NCBI GenBank assembly: GCA_963736645.1
Contig: CAVTPJ010000004.1
Location: 154,663-218,662 of the forward strand
From: an uncultured Thermoleophilia bacterium
Lineage (GTDB): Bacteria; Actinomycetota; Thermoleophilia; UBA2241
Direction: 5' to 3'
DNA: 64,000 nt
Part shown: piece after piece, positions 21,415-31,772 of the stretch
How positions within the stretch are numbered: the stretch's first letter is position 1
Layout: each line of letters opens with the position of its first letter
Program-made: the position numbers and the translations under genes
The notes under the pieces: model-generated
The model's input: only the letters and a program-made list of their open reading frames with translations
Database searches by the model: none
What the model was told of the DNA's origin: nothing

Positions 21415-22681
21415 CGTCCTCAAGCGCTTGCGCGCCGTAGATCCGGCGGCGGCCATGCCCGAACCCGACGCTGACGAGCGCGAGCGCCTGCGCCGCACGA
21501 TCGTCGCCACCCCCCTCGAGCCGCACGCCGTGCCCTGGTGGCGACGCCTCCGAGGCCGCACGCTCGCCGTACTCGTCGCCGGTGCAGTGCTTCTCGGCGG
21601 CGGGGCGGTCTATGCGGGTGGCTACGTCGCGAACGCGCCCTCACAGGGCGAACTGGAGTGGAAGTTCAAAACGGGCGGCATGGTTGGAGATGTTGCGGCC
21701 TCGGCGGCCGTCTCGGATGGGGTGGTCTACGTCGGCAGCTTTGACAGCCATCTCTACGCGGTCGACGCCCAGAGCGGGCAGGAAAGATGGAGGTTCAAGA
21801 CGGGCACAGGGCATCTGGGCGGCTTGGTCTACGCCCCGGCCGTCTCCGACGGCGGGGTCTATGTCGCCGGCACCGACAGCTATCTCTACGCGGTCGACGC
21901 CCGGAGCGGGCAGGAGAGGTGGCACTTCGACCTCGGCGGTCTGATTCGTTCCAAGCCGGCCGTCTCGGATGGGGTGGTCTACGTCGGTACCGATGACGGC
22001 CTCCACGCCCTGGACGCCCAGACCGGGCAGGAAGAGTGGACGTTCGCGACCTTCGGTGAAGGCTGGGCCCTGGCCGTCTCGGATGGGGTGGTCTACGTCG
22101 GTACTGATGCCAACTATCTCTACGCGGTCGACATCCAGAGCGGGCGGGAGAAGTGGGAGTTCGAGTCCGGCGGTCGGATTCTGTCGACCCCGGCCGTCTC
22201 GGACGGGGTTGTCTACATCGGCACCGATGACGGCTATCTCCACGCCCTGGACGCCCAGAGCGGGCAGGAACGATGGAAGTCCAAGACGGGGGACTTCAGC
22301 TCACCCCCAGCGATCTCCGATGGGGTGGTCTACGTCGCCAACTATGAAGACTATGACCGCGGTCACGGCTGGGACGGCTATCTCCACGCCCTCGACGCCC
22401 AGAGCGGGCAGGAGAAGTGGGTGTTCCGGGCGGACGAGGCGCTCGCCGACCCCGGCGGCAGCGACCATGACGGCGTCGGGCACTGGTTCGGCCCCCCGGC
22501 GATCGCCGGCGGGGTGGTCTACTTCAGCTGCAATGACGGCTATCTCCACGGGCTCGACGCTCAGAGCGGGCAGGAGAAGTGGAAGTTCGAGACCGGGGTC
22601 CCGGAGGAGTCCCCCCTGGCCATCTCGGGCGGGGTCGTGTACGTCGGCAGTATGGACGGCTACGTCTACGCAGTGAAGTAG
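21404..22681 (+). CDS. Putative anti-sigma: cytoplasmic N-terminus, TM and PQQ/BamB-like beta-propeller
   Basis: Overlaps the sigma stop; about 8 repeats of PAVSDGVVYVG..DG.L.ALDAQSGQE.W. Confidence 0.82.
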   Translation: MATDVLKRLRAVDPAAAMPEPDADERERLRRTIVATPLEPHAVPWWRRLRGRTLAVLVAGAVLLGGGAVYAGGYVANAPSQGELEWKFKTGGMVGDVAASAAVSDGVVYVGSFDSHLYAVDAQSGQERWRFKTGTGHLGGLVYAPAVSDGGVYVAGTDSYLYAVDARSGQERWHFDLGGLIRSKPAVSDGVVYVGTDDGLHALDAQTGQEEWTFATFGEGWALAVSDGVVYVGTDANYLYAVDIQSGREKWEFESGGRILSTPAVSDGVVYIGTDDGYLHALDAQSGQERWKSKTGDFSSPPAISDGVVYVANYEDYDRGHGWDGYLHALDAQSGQEKWVFRADEALADPGGSDHDGVGHWFGPPAIAGGVVYFSCNDGYLHGLDAQSGQEKWKFETGVPEESPLAISGGVVYVGSMDGYVYAVK

Positions 22682-22797
22682 ATCCGGCTGGCCGGGCACT
22701 CGGCAGACGGCGTCGCCGGCCGCTGCCGACCGGCGGCCGGCAGAAGGCCCGCCATCCTTGAGGGCGGCGGGCCAGGCCACAGGAAGAGGGGCAGGTC

Positions 22798-23760
22798 ATG
22801 GAGAGGCCAGGAGGATTCTGGGGACGGGCATCTGCCGCGTCTGCGCTGACGCTTGTCGTCGTCGTTGCGGCGTTCGCGCTCGTCGCCTGCGGCGCAAGCA
22901 GCACGCCGGCGAGCACGTCGTCGTCGGCTTCACCGACCGCGACGGCGACGCAGGCGGCTTCCGCCACGCCCGTTCACCTTGCGGGCAGCGACTCGGTCGA
23001 GGCCACGCAGGAGGTGGTCGACGCCTTCGGGGCCGGGGTCGCCACGCTGAGCGGCGCCCGGTTCGCGCCGCTCTACGCGGACGACGTGGTCTTCGACGAC
23101 TTCGCCTTCGGCATGCACGGCGAGGGCAAGGCCGTCGTCCTCAAGGAGCTCCGGCGGAGCCTCCGCGGCGCCGACGGGGCACGCGTCCTTGCCGGCTACG
23201 CCGATCGCGGCTGGGGCGTGCTCGAGCACCGCTGGGATTTCCACACAGTGTGGATCCAGTCGATCACGGTCCTCGAGATCCGTGACGGCAAGATCGTGAC
23301 CGAGTCGTGGTACTACCAGGACCCGGTCAATCTCCCCGACGGCAAGCCGCTCGAGCCCAAACCACTCACGTCAAGGCTGGCGCCCGCAGACACGGCTGCG
23401 GTGGCGGAAGCCGTGGCGCTCAAGTACGCGGCGGCGCTGCAGGCCAAGGACGCCGCCGCCGTTGCCGCCCTGAGCGCGCCGAAGATCGCCTTCATGGACA
23501 CCGCCTACAGCGCCGCCGGCACGCGCCGGGGTCAGGTGCAGGCGCAGTATGCCAGGATCTTCAAGGGGCCGGCCGACCTGGCCTTCACGGACCTCCGCTA
23601 TGCCGTCGGTCCCGGCTGGGCGACCCTCATCTGGGTCGCCGACTCCCCGTCTTGGGCGTCGTCGAGCGGGTCCGGCGCGACCATGCTCGAGATTCGCGAC
23701 GGCAAGATCCGCCGCGAGACGCTCTACTACAACGCCAACAGCATGCCGTTCCGGCTCTGA
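22798..23760 (+). CDS. Lipoprotein with tandem NTF2/SnoaL-like domains
   Basis: Lipobox LVAC; LYADDVVFDD; LEIRDGKI occurs twice. Confidence 0.78.
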   Translation: MERPGGFWGRASAASALTLVVVVAAFALVACGASSTPASTSSSASPTATATQAASATPVHLAGSDSVEATQEVVDAFGAGVATLSGARFAPLYADDVVFDDFAFGMHGEGKAVVLKELRRSLRGADGARVLAGYADRGWGVLEHRWDFHTVWIQSITVLEIRDGKIVTESWYYQDPVNLPDGKPLEPKPLTSRLAPADTAAVAEAVALKYAAALQAKDAAAVAALSAPKIAFMDTAYSAAGTRRGQVQAQYARIFKGPADLAFTDLRYAVGPGWATLIWVADSPSWASSSGSGATMLEIRDGKIRRETLYYNANSMPFRL

Positions 23761-23787
23761 CTCAAGGGCCTAAGGGAAGGGGAAGTC

Positions 23788-24707
23788 ATGAAGAGGCCAG
23801 GGGGCTGCGGATAGTGCGCCTGTGTCGCCCTCGCGCTCCTCGCGATCGCCGGCGTAGTCGCCCTGGCCGCCTGCGGCGGCTCGAGCACCGCGGCGTCCAC
23901 GTCGCCGAGCGCGACGGCCACGCCGCAGGTCGCCGCCGCCCCCGAGCGCCTCGTCGGCAGCGACTCGGTCGCCGTCACCCAGAAGGCGGTCGACGCCTAC
24001 GCCGCCGCCTGGGACGCGCGTAGCGTCGCCCAGCTCGGCCGAGTCTGCGCGCGCGACGTCGTCTTCGACGCCACGCCACTGGGGCGCACGTAGATGGCCG
24101 GGAGGCGTTTCTCGAGCTCGTGGGAGGGGTCTTCGGCATGACCACAAGCACGCGCGCACTCGCAGGCCACGCCGGCTGCGGCTGGGGGGTGTTCGAGTTG
24201 CGCCAGGACGTCGCAGAGGGGTCGATGCAGATCCTGCAGGCCATCGAGACCCGCAGCGGCATGATCGTGAGCCTTGCGAACTACTACCAGCCCATCGAAA
24301 GCCAGTTGAGCCCGCTGCGAGCTGCGAATCCTCTCAGGTCGGCGCCGGGACCGGCGGACACGCCGGAGGCCGCGGAGGCCGTGGCGCTTGGGTACGCGGC
24401 GGCGCTCCAGGCGAAAGACGCCGCCGCAATCCTCGTCCTTGGCGCCCCCTCGAGCGAGTTCCGCGACACCGCCGGCCTTGACGCGCCCCCAGCCAGCGAG
24501 CTGGACCACTACGCCAACATCTTCAAGAAACCGGCCGACTTGGCCTTCACGAACCTTGGCTATGCCTTCGGCCGCGGCTGGGCGGCCGTCATCTGGACCG
24601 CCTTCTCGGCTGGATCTGGCGGCGACGGCGTGACCATGTTGGAGATCCGCAACGGCAAGATCTGCCGCGAGACGCTCTACTACAACAGCGACAAGACGCC
24701 CTTCTGA
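23788..24707 (+). pseudogene. Tandem paralogue of the SnoaL-like lipoprotein with an in-frame TAG (23812-14) and a frameshift ~24070
   Basis: MKRPGGCG*CACVALALL...LAAC; C-terminal half closely similar to 22798..23760 (YAAALQAKDAAA, ETLYYN). Confidence 0.7.
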
Positions 24708-24967
24708 TCTGGCGGCAAGGCCGGCGCCCATGGGCGGGCGCCACCTGCGGTGGGCTGGCCGCGGTCGAGGTGACCTTCCAGCACGACAGAGCGCGCCACA
24801 CAGGCCCGCTGCCTGGGGATCCCGCCGAGTCTTCGGCGTGCTCCGATGAGGGAACACATAGGATGCAGAGCGCGAGCCCGGTCGTCGCCGCGCAGATCAG
24901 GGTCGCCGCTACAGAGATCGGCGGCTGCTGGCGAACAGGCCGGCAACACGCACTCGGCGGGACGATC

Positions 24968-27862
24968 ATGAGCCCGGTGCCGAGCAGAGGCGCGTCCGAA
25001 GAGGGTGACACCCGACGTCCGCGTCGCCGTGTGGTGAGGCGACGCTTGGCCGTCGCGGCGGCCGTCGCGGCCGTCGTCGTCATCCTGGCCGTCATCATCG
25101 CCCACCTCTACGTCGACTGGCTCTGGTTCGGCGAGGTCGGCCTGCGCACGGTCTTCTGGAGGCGCCTGATCATCGGCGCCGTCACCGCCGCGGGCTTCGG
25201 TGCCGTGTTCTTCACTGTCGTCTACGGTAACCTCGTGATCGCGCGCCGGCTGGCGCCGAAGTACCGCCCGGTCGAGGGCGTCGACGTTATCGAGGCCGTG
25301 CACGAGACGGCGTTGCGCTGGGTGGGGCGCGTCGGACTTGTCGCAGCCCTTCTCGGCGCGTTCATCGCCGCCCGTTCGGCGGCGGGGTCGTGGCTGGTGT
25401 TCGCGCGCGCGCTGGAGGGTGTGTCGTTCGGCGTCCGCGACCCCATCTTCCACCACGACCTGTCGTTCTACGTGTTCCGGCTGCCGGCGTGGGAGTACGC
25501 CTACGGGTTCCTCTTCGCCTCGCTGATCGTCGCCTTGGTCGTGTCGGTCGCCGCCCACTTCGCGGTGGGCGCTATCGAGGTCAAGGAACGGTCGTCGCCA
25601 CGTCCCCAGATGGCGCCGGAGCAGTGGGCGCGCCTGCCGCCGCAGGCGCGCGCCGCCGATCAGCTCTCGCGCGTCGGCGGGTTGCGCATCGAGGAAGGGG
25701 CCGCCATCCACCTGTCCGCGCTGATGGCGGCCCTGTTCATCCTCGGTGGCATCGGCTATCTGTTCCGGGCGTGGAACCTGCTCTACTCGACGGCGGGCGT
25801 CGTGTACGGGGTCGGGTACACGGACCTCCACGTGCGCCTGCCCATGACCCGCGTTCTCATGGTCCTGGTCTTCGTGCTCGCCGCCGCGCTCGTCTACAAC
25901 GCGGCGCGCCGCCGCCACCCGTGGTGGCCGGCGGCGGCGTTCGGCGTCTGGCTGGTCTCGCTCATCGTGCTGCTCGGCATCGTCCCCGCCGTGTTCCAGG
26001 CGCTCATCGTCAACCCCAACGAGCTCGCGAAGGAGAAGCCGTACATCGCGCACAACATCGCCGCCACCCGCCGGGCGTACGACCTCACGGCGATCTCCGA
26101 GACCCCCTACTCGCTCAAGGGCGACCTCACGTCGGCGGCGCTCGAAGTCAACAAGGTGACGCTGCGCAACATCCGCCTGTGGGACCCGCAGGTGCTGTTG
26201 CGCAGCTACGGGCAGCTGCAAGAGCTGCGGCCCTACTACTCGTTCACCACGGTGAGCGTGGATCGCTATCCGGTGAACGGGGTGTACACGCAGACGATGC
26301 TCGCGCCGCGCGAGCTCCACGTTGCCGGCTTGCCACAGAACGCGCAGACGTGGGTCAACCAGCACATCACGTATACGCACGGCTACGGCGTCGCCGTCTC
26401 GGCCGTGAACCAGGTGTCGTCCGGCGGCGCGCCCGACTTCCTGGTACAGGACGTCCCCCCCGTGTCGTCGGCGCCGTCGCTCGCCATCACGCAGCCCCAG
26501 ATCTACTACGGCCTGCTCGGCACGGACTACGTGCTGGTCAAGACCAAGTACCAGACGTTCGACTACCCGGGGCCGAGCCGTAACGTCTACGCGCCGTACA
26601 CCGGCGACGGCGGCATCCCGATCGGCTCCCTGCTGAACAGGCTCGCCTTCACCCTTCGCTTCGGCGACATCCGCTTCCTCACGACCACGGCGATCACCAG
26701 TCGTAGCAGGGTGATCATCCTCAACAACATCAGGGCGCGCCTCGGAGCGGCCGCGCCCTTCCTGAAGCTCGACGCCAACCCCTACATGGTCGTGGCCGGC
26801 GGCAGGCTGTACTGGATCGCCGACACCTACACCACCACGGACCGCATCCCGTACTCGCAGCCCGACGGAGGGCTCAACTACATCCGCAACTCGGTCAAGG
26901 TGGTGATCGACGCCTACAGCGGCTCGATGCGCTTCTACGTCTTCGACCCGCAGGATCCGCTCATCCGGACCTACGAGCGTCTGTTCCCCGGAGTCTTCGT
27001 CCCGGCCGCACAGATGCCGGACGAGCTGCGCCAGCACGTGCGCTACCCGGAGGACTTCTTCAAGATCCAGGCGCAGCAGTTCGCCACCTATCACGTCACT
27101 GACGTGTCCCTGCTCTACAACAAGGGCGATCAGTGGGAGATCCCCGGCAACCTCGCGATCTCGGGCACCGCCCCCCAGAGCGCCTACTACATGGTCATGC
27201 GGCTGCCGGGGCAGACCCGTGAGGAGTTCGTGCTGATCCTTCCTTACGTCCCCAACGGCCGCGCCAACATGATCGCCTGGCTCGGCGCGCAGTCGGACAT
27301 CCCGAACTACGGCCGGGCCGTGAGCTTCGAGTTCCCGGCGAGCCTCAACGTCTACGGCCCCGCCCAGGTGGAGGCCGCCATCAATCAGGACCCGGTGATC
27401 TCCGCGCAGCGGACCCTGTGGGGCCAGCAGGGCTCGCACGTCATCTTCGGCAACCTCCTCACGGTGCCGATCCAGAACTCGCTGCTGTACGTCCAGCCGC
27501 TGTACCTGCAGTCAGCGACCACCGCGCTGCCGCAGTTCCAGCGGGTGATCGTGTTCTATCGCTCGCCGTCCGCGACGCCCGACCTGCCCAGCGGGCAGCA
27601 GCAGAGCGTGGTGATGGCGCAGACGCTGGGCGAGGCCCTGGCACTGATCTTCGGCGGTGCGCCGCCGCCGGGGACGCAACCGGGCGTCAAGCCGGGCGCC
27701 GGGCCCCAAGTGACGACCGCCGCCACCGCCGCGCTCATCGCGAAGGCGAACGCGCAGTACGCGGCGGCGCAGGCGGCGCTGCGACGCGGCGACCTCGCCG
27801 CCTTCGGGCGGCAGATCCAGGCGCTGGGCAGGACGCTGGCCAGACTCAAGACCGCGCCGTGA
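24968..27862 (+). CDS. UPF0182 family membrane protein
   Basis: DWLWFGEVG, DPIF..DLSFYVF.LP, IVNPNE, NIRLWD, YTHGYG, NYIRNSVK, HVRYP. Confidence 0.93.
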   Translation: MSPVPSRGASEEGDTRRPRRRVVRRRLAVAAAVAAVVVILAVIIAHLYVDWLWFGEVGLRTVFWRRLIIGAVTAAGFGAVFFTVVYGNLVIARRLAPKYRPVEGVDVIEAVHETALRWVGRVGLVAALLGAFIAARSAAGSWLVFARALEGVSFGVRDPIFHHDLSFYVFRLPAWEYAYGFLFASLIVALVVSVAAHFAVGAIEVKERSSPRPQMAPEQWARLPPQARAADQLSRVGGLRIEEGAAIHLSALMAALFILGGIGYLFRAWNLLYSTAGVVYGVGYTDLHVRLPMTRVLMVLVFVLAAALVYNAARRRHPWWPAAAFGVWLVSLIVLLGIVPAVFQALIVNPNELAKEKPYIAHNIAATRRAYDLTAISETPYSLKGDLTSAALEVNKVTLRNIRLWDPQVLLRSYGQLQELRPYYSFTTVSVDRYPVNGVYTQTMLAPRELHVAGLPQNAQTWVNQHITYTHGYGVAVSAVNQVSSGGAPDFLVQDVPPVSSAPSLAITQPQIYYGLLGTDYVLVKTKYQTFDYPGPSRNVYAPYTGDGGIPIGSLLNRLAFTLRFGDIRFLTTTAITSRSRVIILNNIRARLGAAAPFLKLDANPYMVVAGGRLYWIADTYTTTDRIPYSQPDGGLNYIRNSVKVVIDAYSGSMRFYVFDPQDPLIRTYERLFPGVFVPAAQMPDELRQHVRYPEDFFKIQAQQFATYHVTDVSLLYNKGDQWEIPGNLAISGTAPQSAYYMVMRLPGQTREEFVLILPYVPNGRANMIAWLGAQSDIPNYGRAVSFEFPASLNVYGPAQVEAAINQDPVISAQRTLWGQQGSHVIFGNLLTVPIQNSLLYVQPLYLQSATTALPQFQRVIVFYRSPSATPDLPSGQQQSVVMAQTLGEALALIFGGAPPPGTQPGVKPGAGPQVTTAATAALIAKANAQYAAAQAALRRGDLAAFGRQIQALGRTLARLKTAP

Positions 27863-27888
27863 GCACATCGCGGTCGTTTCTACCAGAT

Positions 27889-27933
27889 TCACCGGATTCC
27901 GGTGAAGACACCGCCCCCTGGGCCCTCCACACT
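27889..27933 (+). promoter_or_regulatory. Motif copy 2: TCACC-N7-GGTGAAGAC followed by CACACT
   Basis: tcaccggattccggtgaagac, then cacact 18 nt later, upstream of 27987. Confidence 0.6.
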
Positions 27934-27986
27934 GATGCTGGGGGAGGCGCCGAAGCGCCGCCGGCACGACGTGGAAGGACGAGGCC

Positions 27987-28619
27987 ATGAGACGGTCACA
28001 TCGGACAGGGCCCATCCGGGCTGCGACGCTCGCGGGGCTCGTCCTCGCTGCCGTGTGGCTCGCCGCCTGTGGCGGTTCGGACGCCGCGCCCGCCGACCTG
28101 CCGACGCGGACCACCCCCGTGGCCGCCTACGCGCTTTCTTCGCAGGAGTCCGTGCCCGAAAGCAAATACGAGAGGGAGGCCAACGGCTTCGAGTTCGTAC
28201 CCTGGGTCGATATCGAGGTCACCGCCCTGGGATACTACGACGAAGGCGGCGACGGACTGGTCAACGAGCACACGGTGGGCATCTTCGAGAAGTCGAACCG
28301 GCAGCTCGTCGGCGATGCCGTCACGATCGACGGCGGCAGCGCGCTGGAGGGCGCCTTCCGCTACGAGCGGATCACTCCCGTGGTGCTGAAGGGCGGCACA
28401 TCCTACGTGGTAGCGGGGAGCACGGGCGCCCCCTACGACATCCAGGCCGGGGGCACCGACGCCGCCTGGGCGCCCGAGGTGCGGTACGTCACGTACTGCT
28501 ACGTCCCTGGGGAGTTCGCGTTTCCGTGGCGGACGAAGGCGATCCATCTTGTGAACGCCTTCACCGCCAACTTCACGTTCCGCACGCCCGCGAGCCCCGC
28601 ACCGGCAGCGACGCCGTAG
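27987..28619 (+). CDS. Lipoprotein with a DUF4082-like beta-sandwich domain
   Basis: Lipobox LAAC; GFEF...VTALGYYD...H.VGIF...FRY..ITPVVL..G.SYVV. Confidence 0.65.
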   Translation: MRRSHRTGPIRAATLAGLVLAAVWLAACGGSDAAPADLPTRTTPVAAYALSSQESVPESKYEREANGFEFVPWVDIEVTALGYYDEGGDGLVNEHTVGIFEKSNRQLVGDAVTIDGGSALEGAFRYERITPVVLKGGTSYVVAGSTGAPYDIQAGGTDAAWAPEVRYVTYCYVPGEFAFPWRTKAIHLVNAFTANFTFRTPASPAPAATP

Positions 28620-28761
28620 GTGGTCGCGATGTGCGACGTCCGCTGCGCCTGGTCCGCGGTCGCGCGCTCCACCCTGTGTGCTGCCAGTCTCACGGAGCGC
28701 TTCGAGGCGAAGGCACTCCTAGCGCGGCCGACCGGGCGGGGCGTCCGGGGGAGGACGGTGG

Positions 28762-28801
28762 GGGCAAGGACCGGCGGCCGGAGGGCCGCCGGTCCTTGCC
28801 C
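28762..28801. terminator. Perfect 18-bp stem hairpin between convergent genes
   Basis: gggcaaggaccggcggcc-ggag-ggccgccggtccttgccc, just past the M6 protease stop. Confidence 0.7.
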
Positions 28802-28838
28802 GGCGCTGGTCAGGCGGGTGCGCCCGCCTCGCGTGGAT

Positions 28839-30506
28839 TCATTGTCTGGACTTCGCGGATGCCGTGGTCTTCCACGGCCGGAACGACAGGGTCGCCGAGA
28901 CGTTGGCGCCGGTCTCCTTGATGTCGCTGGCCGTCACGCCCGAGTAGCCGTACTTCGGCAGATTGCCGAGCCAGAAGTAGTAGCTGCTCGTGTTGGGCCG
29001 GGTCGTGTTGCCGAGCCTGGTCACGTTGTACCAGCCCGGGTAGAGGTCGCCCGGGTCACCCAGGTTCCATCCGTGCTCCAGGTCCCAGGGGTCGTCGGCC
29101 TGCACCACCGAGATCGCGTAGTGCCTCGCGCCGTTGGGCGCCTTGCGCCAGCCCTCGGAGCGGAACTCCTTCCAGTTCTCGGCCTCGTTGGGGAGCCAGT
29201 AGTCGAGCGTGAACACGCAGTCGTCCACGTGGTAGACGGTCATCCCGTGCACCGGCGCCGCGACCACGTTGCCGCCGGCGTCGAGATAGTAGGCCTGGAG
29301 CCCCTGGTCGAAGCCGATGTTCTGCCGGTTCTCGAACAGGAAGTACTCCTTGCCGCCCGGAGCCCGGCACCACCATCTTGTAGGCGACGGCATCCGTCTC
29401 GGCCGGCTTCAGGGTGACCGAGCTCGTCGACGTCACGGTCTTGGGAGTGATGACGCCCAGCCGGTACTTGCTCCAGGCGTCGAGCATCGACGGGGAGTCG
29501 CCGGCGAAGATCCAGTCGGGGGAGGACTGGTTCCAGCTGCCTCCGGCCATCAGGCTGAACATGCCGGTCCCCTCGGATTCGTAGCCGTAGTCGTACTGGT
29601 CCGGCAGGCCGAGGACGTGGCCGTACTCGTGCGCGTACACGCCGACGGTCGGCGGGAACGGCCCGAAGGCGTCACCGGTGAACCCCGTGAGGTCGCCGCC
29701 GACCTCCGGCATCATCGCGTAGCTGTAGACCGTGACGCCGTCGATCGTGTAGCCCTCGCCGGCGTCGGCCCCCGAATCAGCTGTGCGACCAGATGACGCC
29801 CGGGTCGCCGCTCCACTCGGCGCCGGTGCCGGCGTGCACGATGAACAGGTTCGGGACCACGCCGTCGACGGCGTACTGGCTGAAGTCGACGCCTTGCGCG
29901 TCGGCGGCGTTGATGGCGTCGACCGCGAGGCCCGGGCGTTCTCGGGATACGGTCCGAAGCCGTAGTCGTGGATCCCGTCGCCCCGGCAGTAGTAGGAGTA
30001 CGGCTTGCCGACGTTCAGCCAGCCTGTCGCGGTCGGCATGTCCGGCGTGACGACGTCGATCTTGCCGAACGAAGCCTCCTTGAAGTAGTTGACGAGCGTC
30101 CGGTCGGTCGGATGGCCGGATAGGCCGCGTACTCCGGCGGGTCGTAGGTCGTGCCGAACAGCATGTCGTCGAAGTACGACAGGTCGAGCCGCTGCGCCGG
30201 CCCGCCCGGGGGCTCGTCGCTGAAGTCGACGAACAGGACGAGGACCCTCTGCTGCGCAGGCGTGGTGAGCGCCGGCACGAGGTCGCCCTTGGGGTTGAAC
30301 TTCCTTCCCTGGTTCACGCCGGTCGGCAGCGTGTCTTTCAGGGTCTTGCCCTGCGCCTTGAGCGCAGCCAAGGCGTGCGGGTTGATCGGCACGATCTCGA
30401 GGCCGGCGCGCGGCGCCGTGGGCGGCGATCCGGGCCCACGCACCGCCACGGCGAGCATGACCGCCGCCGCGATCACGAGCGCGGCGGCAAGAACACGGGT
30501 TCTCAT
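28839..30506 (-). CDS. M6 family (immune inhibitor A-like) secreted metalloprotease, several frameshifts
   Basis: Signal peptide; VLFVDFSD, AHEYGHVLGLPDQYD, SLMAGGSW, EYFLFENRQ..GFD. Confidence 0.85.
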
Positions 30507-30531
30507 GGTGTCCCCTTCCTCCTTCTGCGGC

Positions 30532-30642
30532 TCATCCCGGATGCCCGCCGGATGAGTCGCCGGTTACTACGGTCATGGAGACGAGCAGCAGGGCGACGGC
30601 GAGGACGACCGGGATGGCGTTGGTCCTCTTCGCGGTTCTCAC
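30532..30642 (-). other. Short ORF encoding only a signal-peptide-like stretch (gene remnant)
   Basis: GGAGG RBS followed by VRTAKRTNAIPVVLAVALLLVSMTVVTG..., then a stop just before the M6 gene. Confidence 0.4.
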
Positions 30643-30657
30643 CTCCCTCCGACCCCC

Positions 30658-30705
30658 ACTGTAGGCGCGGGTGAGCGGCGTTGTCTTCACCGGAATCGGG
30701 TGATT
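30658..30705 (-). promoter_or_regulatory. Motif copy 3: TCACC-N7-GGTGAAGAC followed by TACAGT
   Basis: Minus strand aatcacccgattccggtgaagac, then tacagt 19 nt later. Confidence 0.6.
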
Positions 30706-30927
30706 CCGGGGCCGGTGAGCGTCGGCAGTGAGGAGCTCCGCTGCGTCCCCCTCGTGTGCCGCCGGCTCAGGCGGGAGGGCGCCGCGCTTGCGCGCCTCGC
30801 CCGAGCCCGGACCTCCCCCCAAGACGCGAGAGACGAACCGACGGACGGATCGCGTTTTGCGACGATGAAGAATCCGCGGCTCGCATGGCGCGCGGTCGGA
30901 CCGAGCGCATTCGGGAATAGAGATGCC

Positions 30928-31641
30928 GTGAGCACACGTCCCCGCCGGTTGCGCATGCCCGCGCGAGCCCTCGTATGGCCGGCCGCGCTGATCGCGCTCG
31001 CCTTGATGGTCGTCCTGCCCGGCGCATGCCCCGCCGCAGCACACGTGCCCGGCCTCGAGCCCGGGTCCGGCGACGGTCCCGTCTCCATCGGCGGCCCCGA
31101 GGTCTCCCGTGCGACGTACGGCTACCTGGCGCCCGGAGACCCCTACGACGAGTATCGGTTCACCGTCCCCGAGCAGGTGACTCGAGCCGTAGGGATCATC
31201 GTGCCCGCCTACCCTGAACACACCGACTTCCGCCCCGGACTCGTGATCACCGCCGAAGAGCGAGACCGGCTCGAGATCCTGGACGGGGCCACGGCGCCGC
31301 GTCAACGGGAGTTCGAGCCCTTCTCGCTGACCTACTTCTGGCACGGCGGCGAGCGGGAGGTGACGTTCGAGCCCGGCGTCCTCTACACGCTGCGCGTTCA
31401 GCCGGGCCCGGGTTCGCAGTCCGGTCGCTACGTCGTCGTCTTCGCCGGGCCGGAGCAGTTCAAGGCGAGGGATATCGCCGATACGCTCTGGCAGCTCCCT
31501 CTGATCTGGTTCGGCGCCTACGGCGGTGCGCCGTTTCGGTGGAACTGGCTTGCGCTCATCCCCCTTGGGTTGACCGCGGCGGTGGTCGCCGCGGTCGCCG
31601 TGGCCGCATGGCGCAGGCTGTCGCGCAAGCGGAACGGATAG
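30928..31641 (+). CDS. Hypothetical exported protein with a C-terminal membrane anchor
   Basis: Signal peptide AAAH, PEVSRATYGYL, EPFSLTYFW, C-terminal TM and basic tail; start uncertain. Confidence 0.65.
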   Translation: MSTRPRRLRMPARALVWPAALIALALMVVLPGACPAAAHVPGLEPGSGDGPVSIGGPEVSRATYGYLAPGDPYDEYRFTVPEQVTRAVGIIVPAYPEHTDFRPGLVITAEERDRLEILDGATAPRQREFEPFSLTYFWHGGEREVTFEPGVLYTLRVQPGPGSQSGRYVVVFAGPEQFKARDIADTLWQLPLIWFGAYGGAPFRWNWLALIPLGLTAAVVAAVAVAAWRRLSRKRNG

Positions 31642-31681
31642 GTCGCTCTCCGGCCCCAAAGGCTCGGAGGGTCGTCGCCGC

Positions 31682-31706
31682 GAACCTCCCACCGCACACG
31701 AGCGTC
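31682..31706 (+). promoter_or_regulatory. ECF-sigma-type promoter GAAC-N17-CGTC
   Basis: The -35/-10 boxes are conserved in both repeat copies while the spacer differs. Confidence 0.55.
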
Positions 31707-31772
31707 CCACGAGCAGGGGCACAGACGGCGCAGCCGCATTCCGGCGCGCTCACACTGCGAAGGGGGAACGTC

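Noticed and set aside
21640-22670. ~120-bp repeats as a CRISPR or non-coding array
   Set aside because: They are in-frame coding repeats of beta-propeller blades
24091-24093. Second in-frame TAG in the SnoaL paralogue as a Pyl codon
   Set aside because: It falls after a frameshift; the homologous frame reads HVDGREAF
28617-29417. Readthrough of TAG 28617 into ORF 28620..29417
   Set aside because: The downstream frame is non-protein-like, crosses a terminator hairpin and is antisense to the M6 gene
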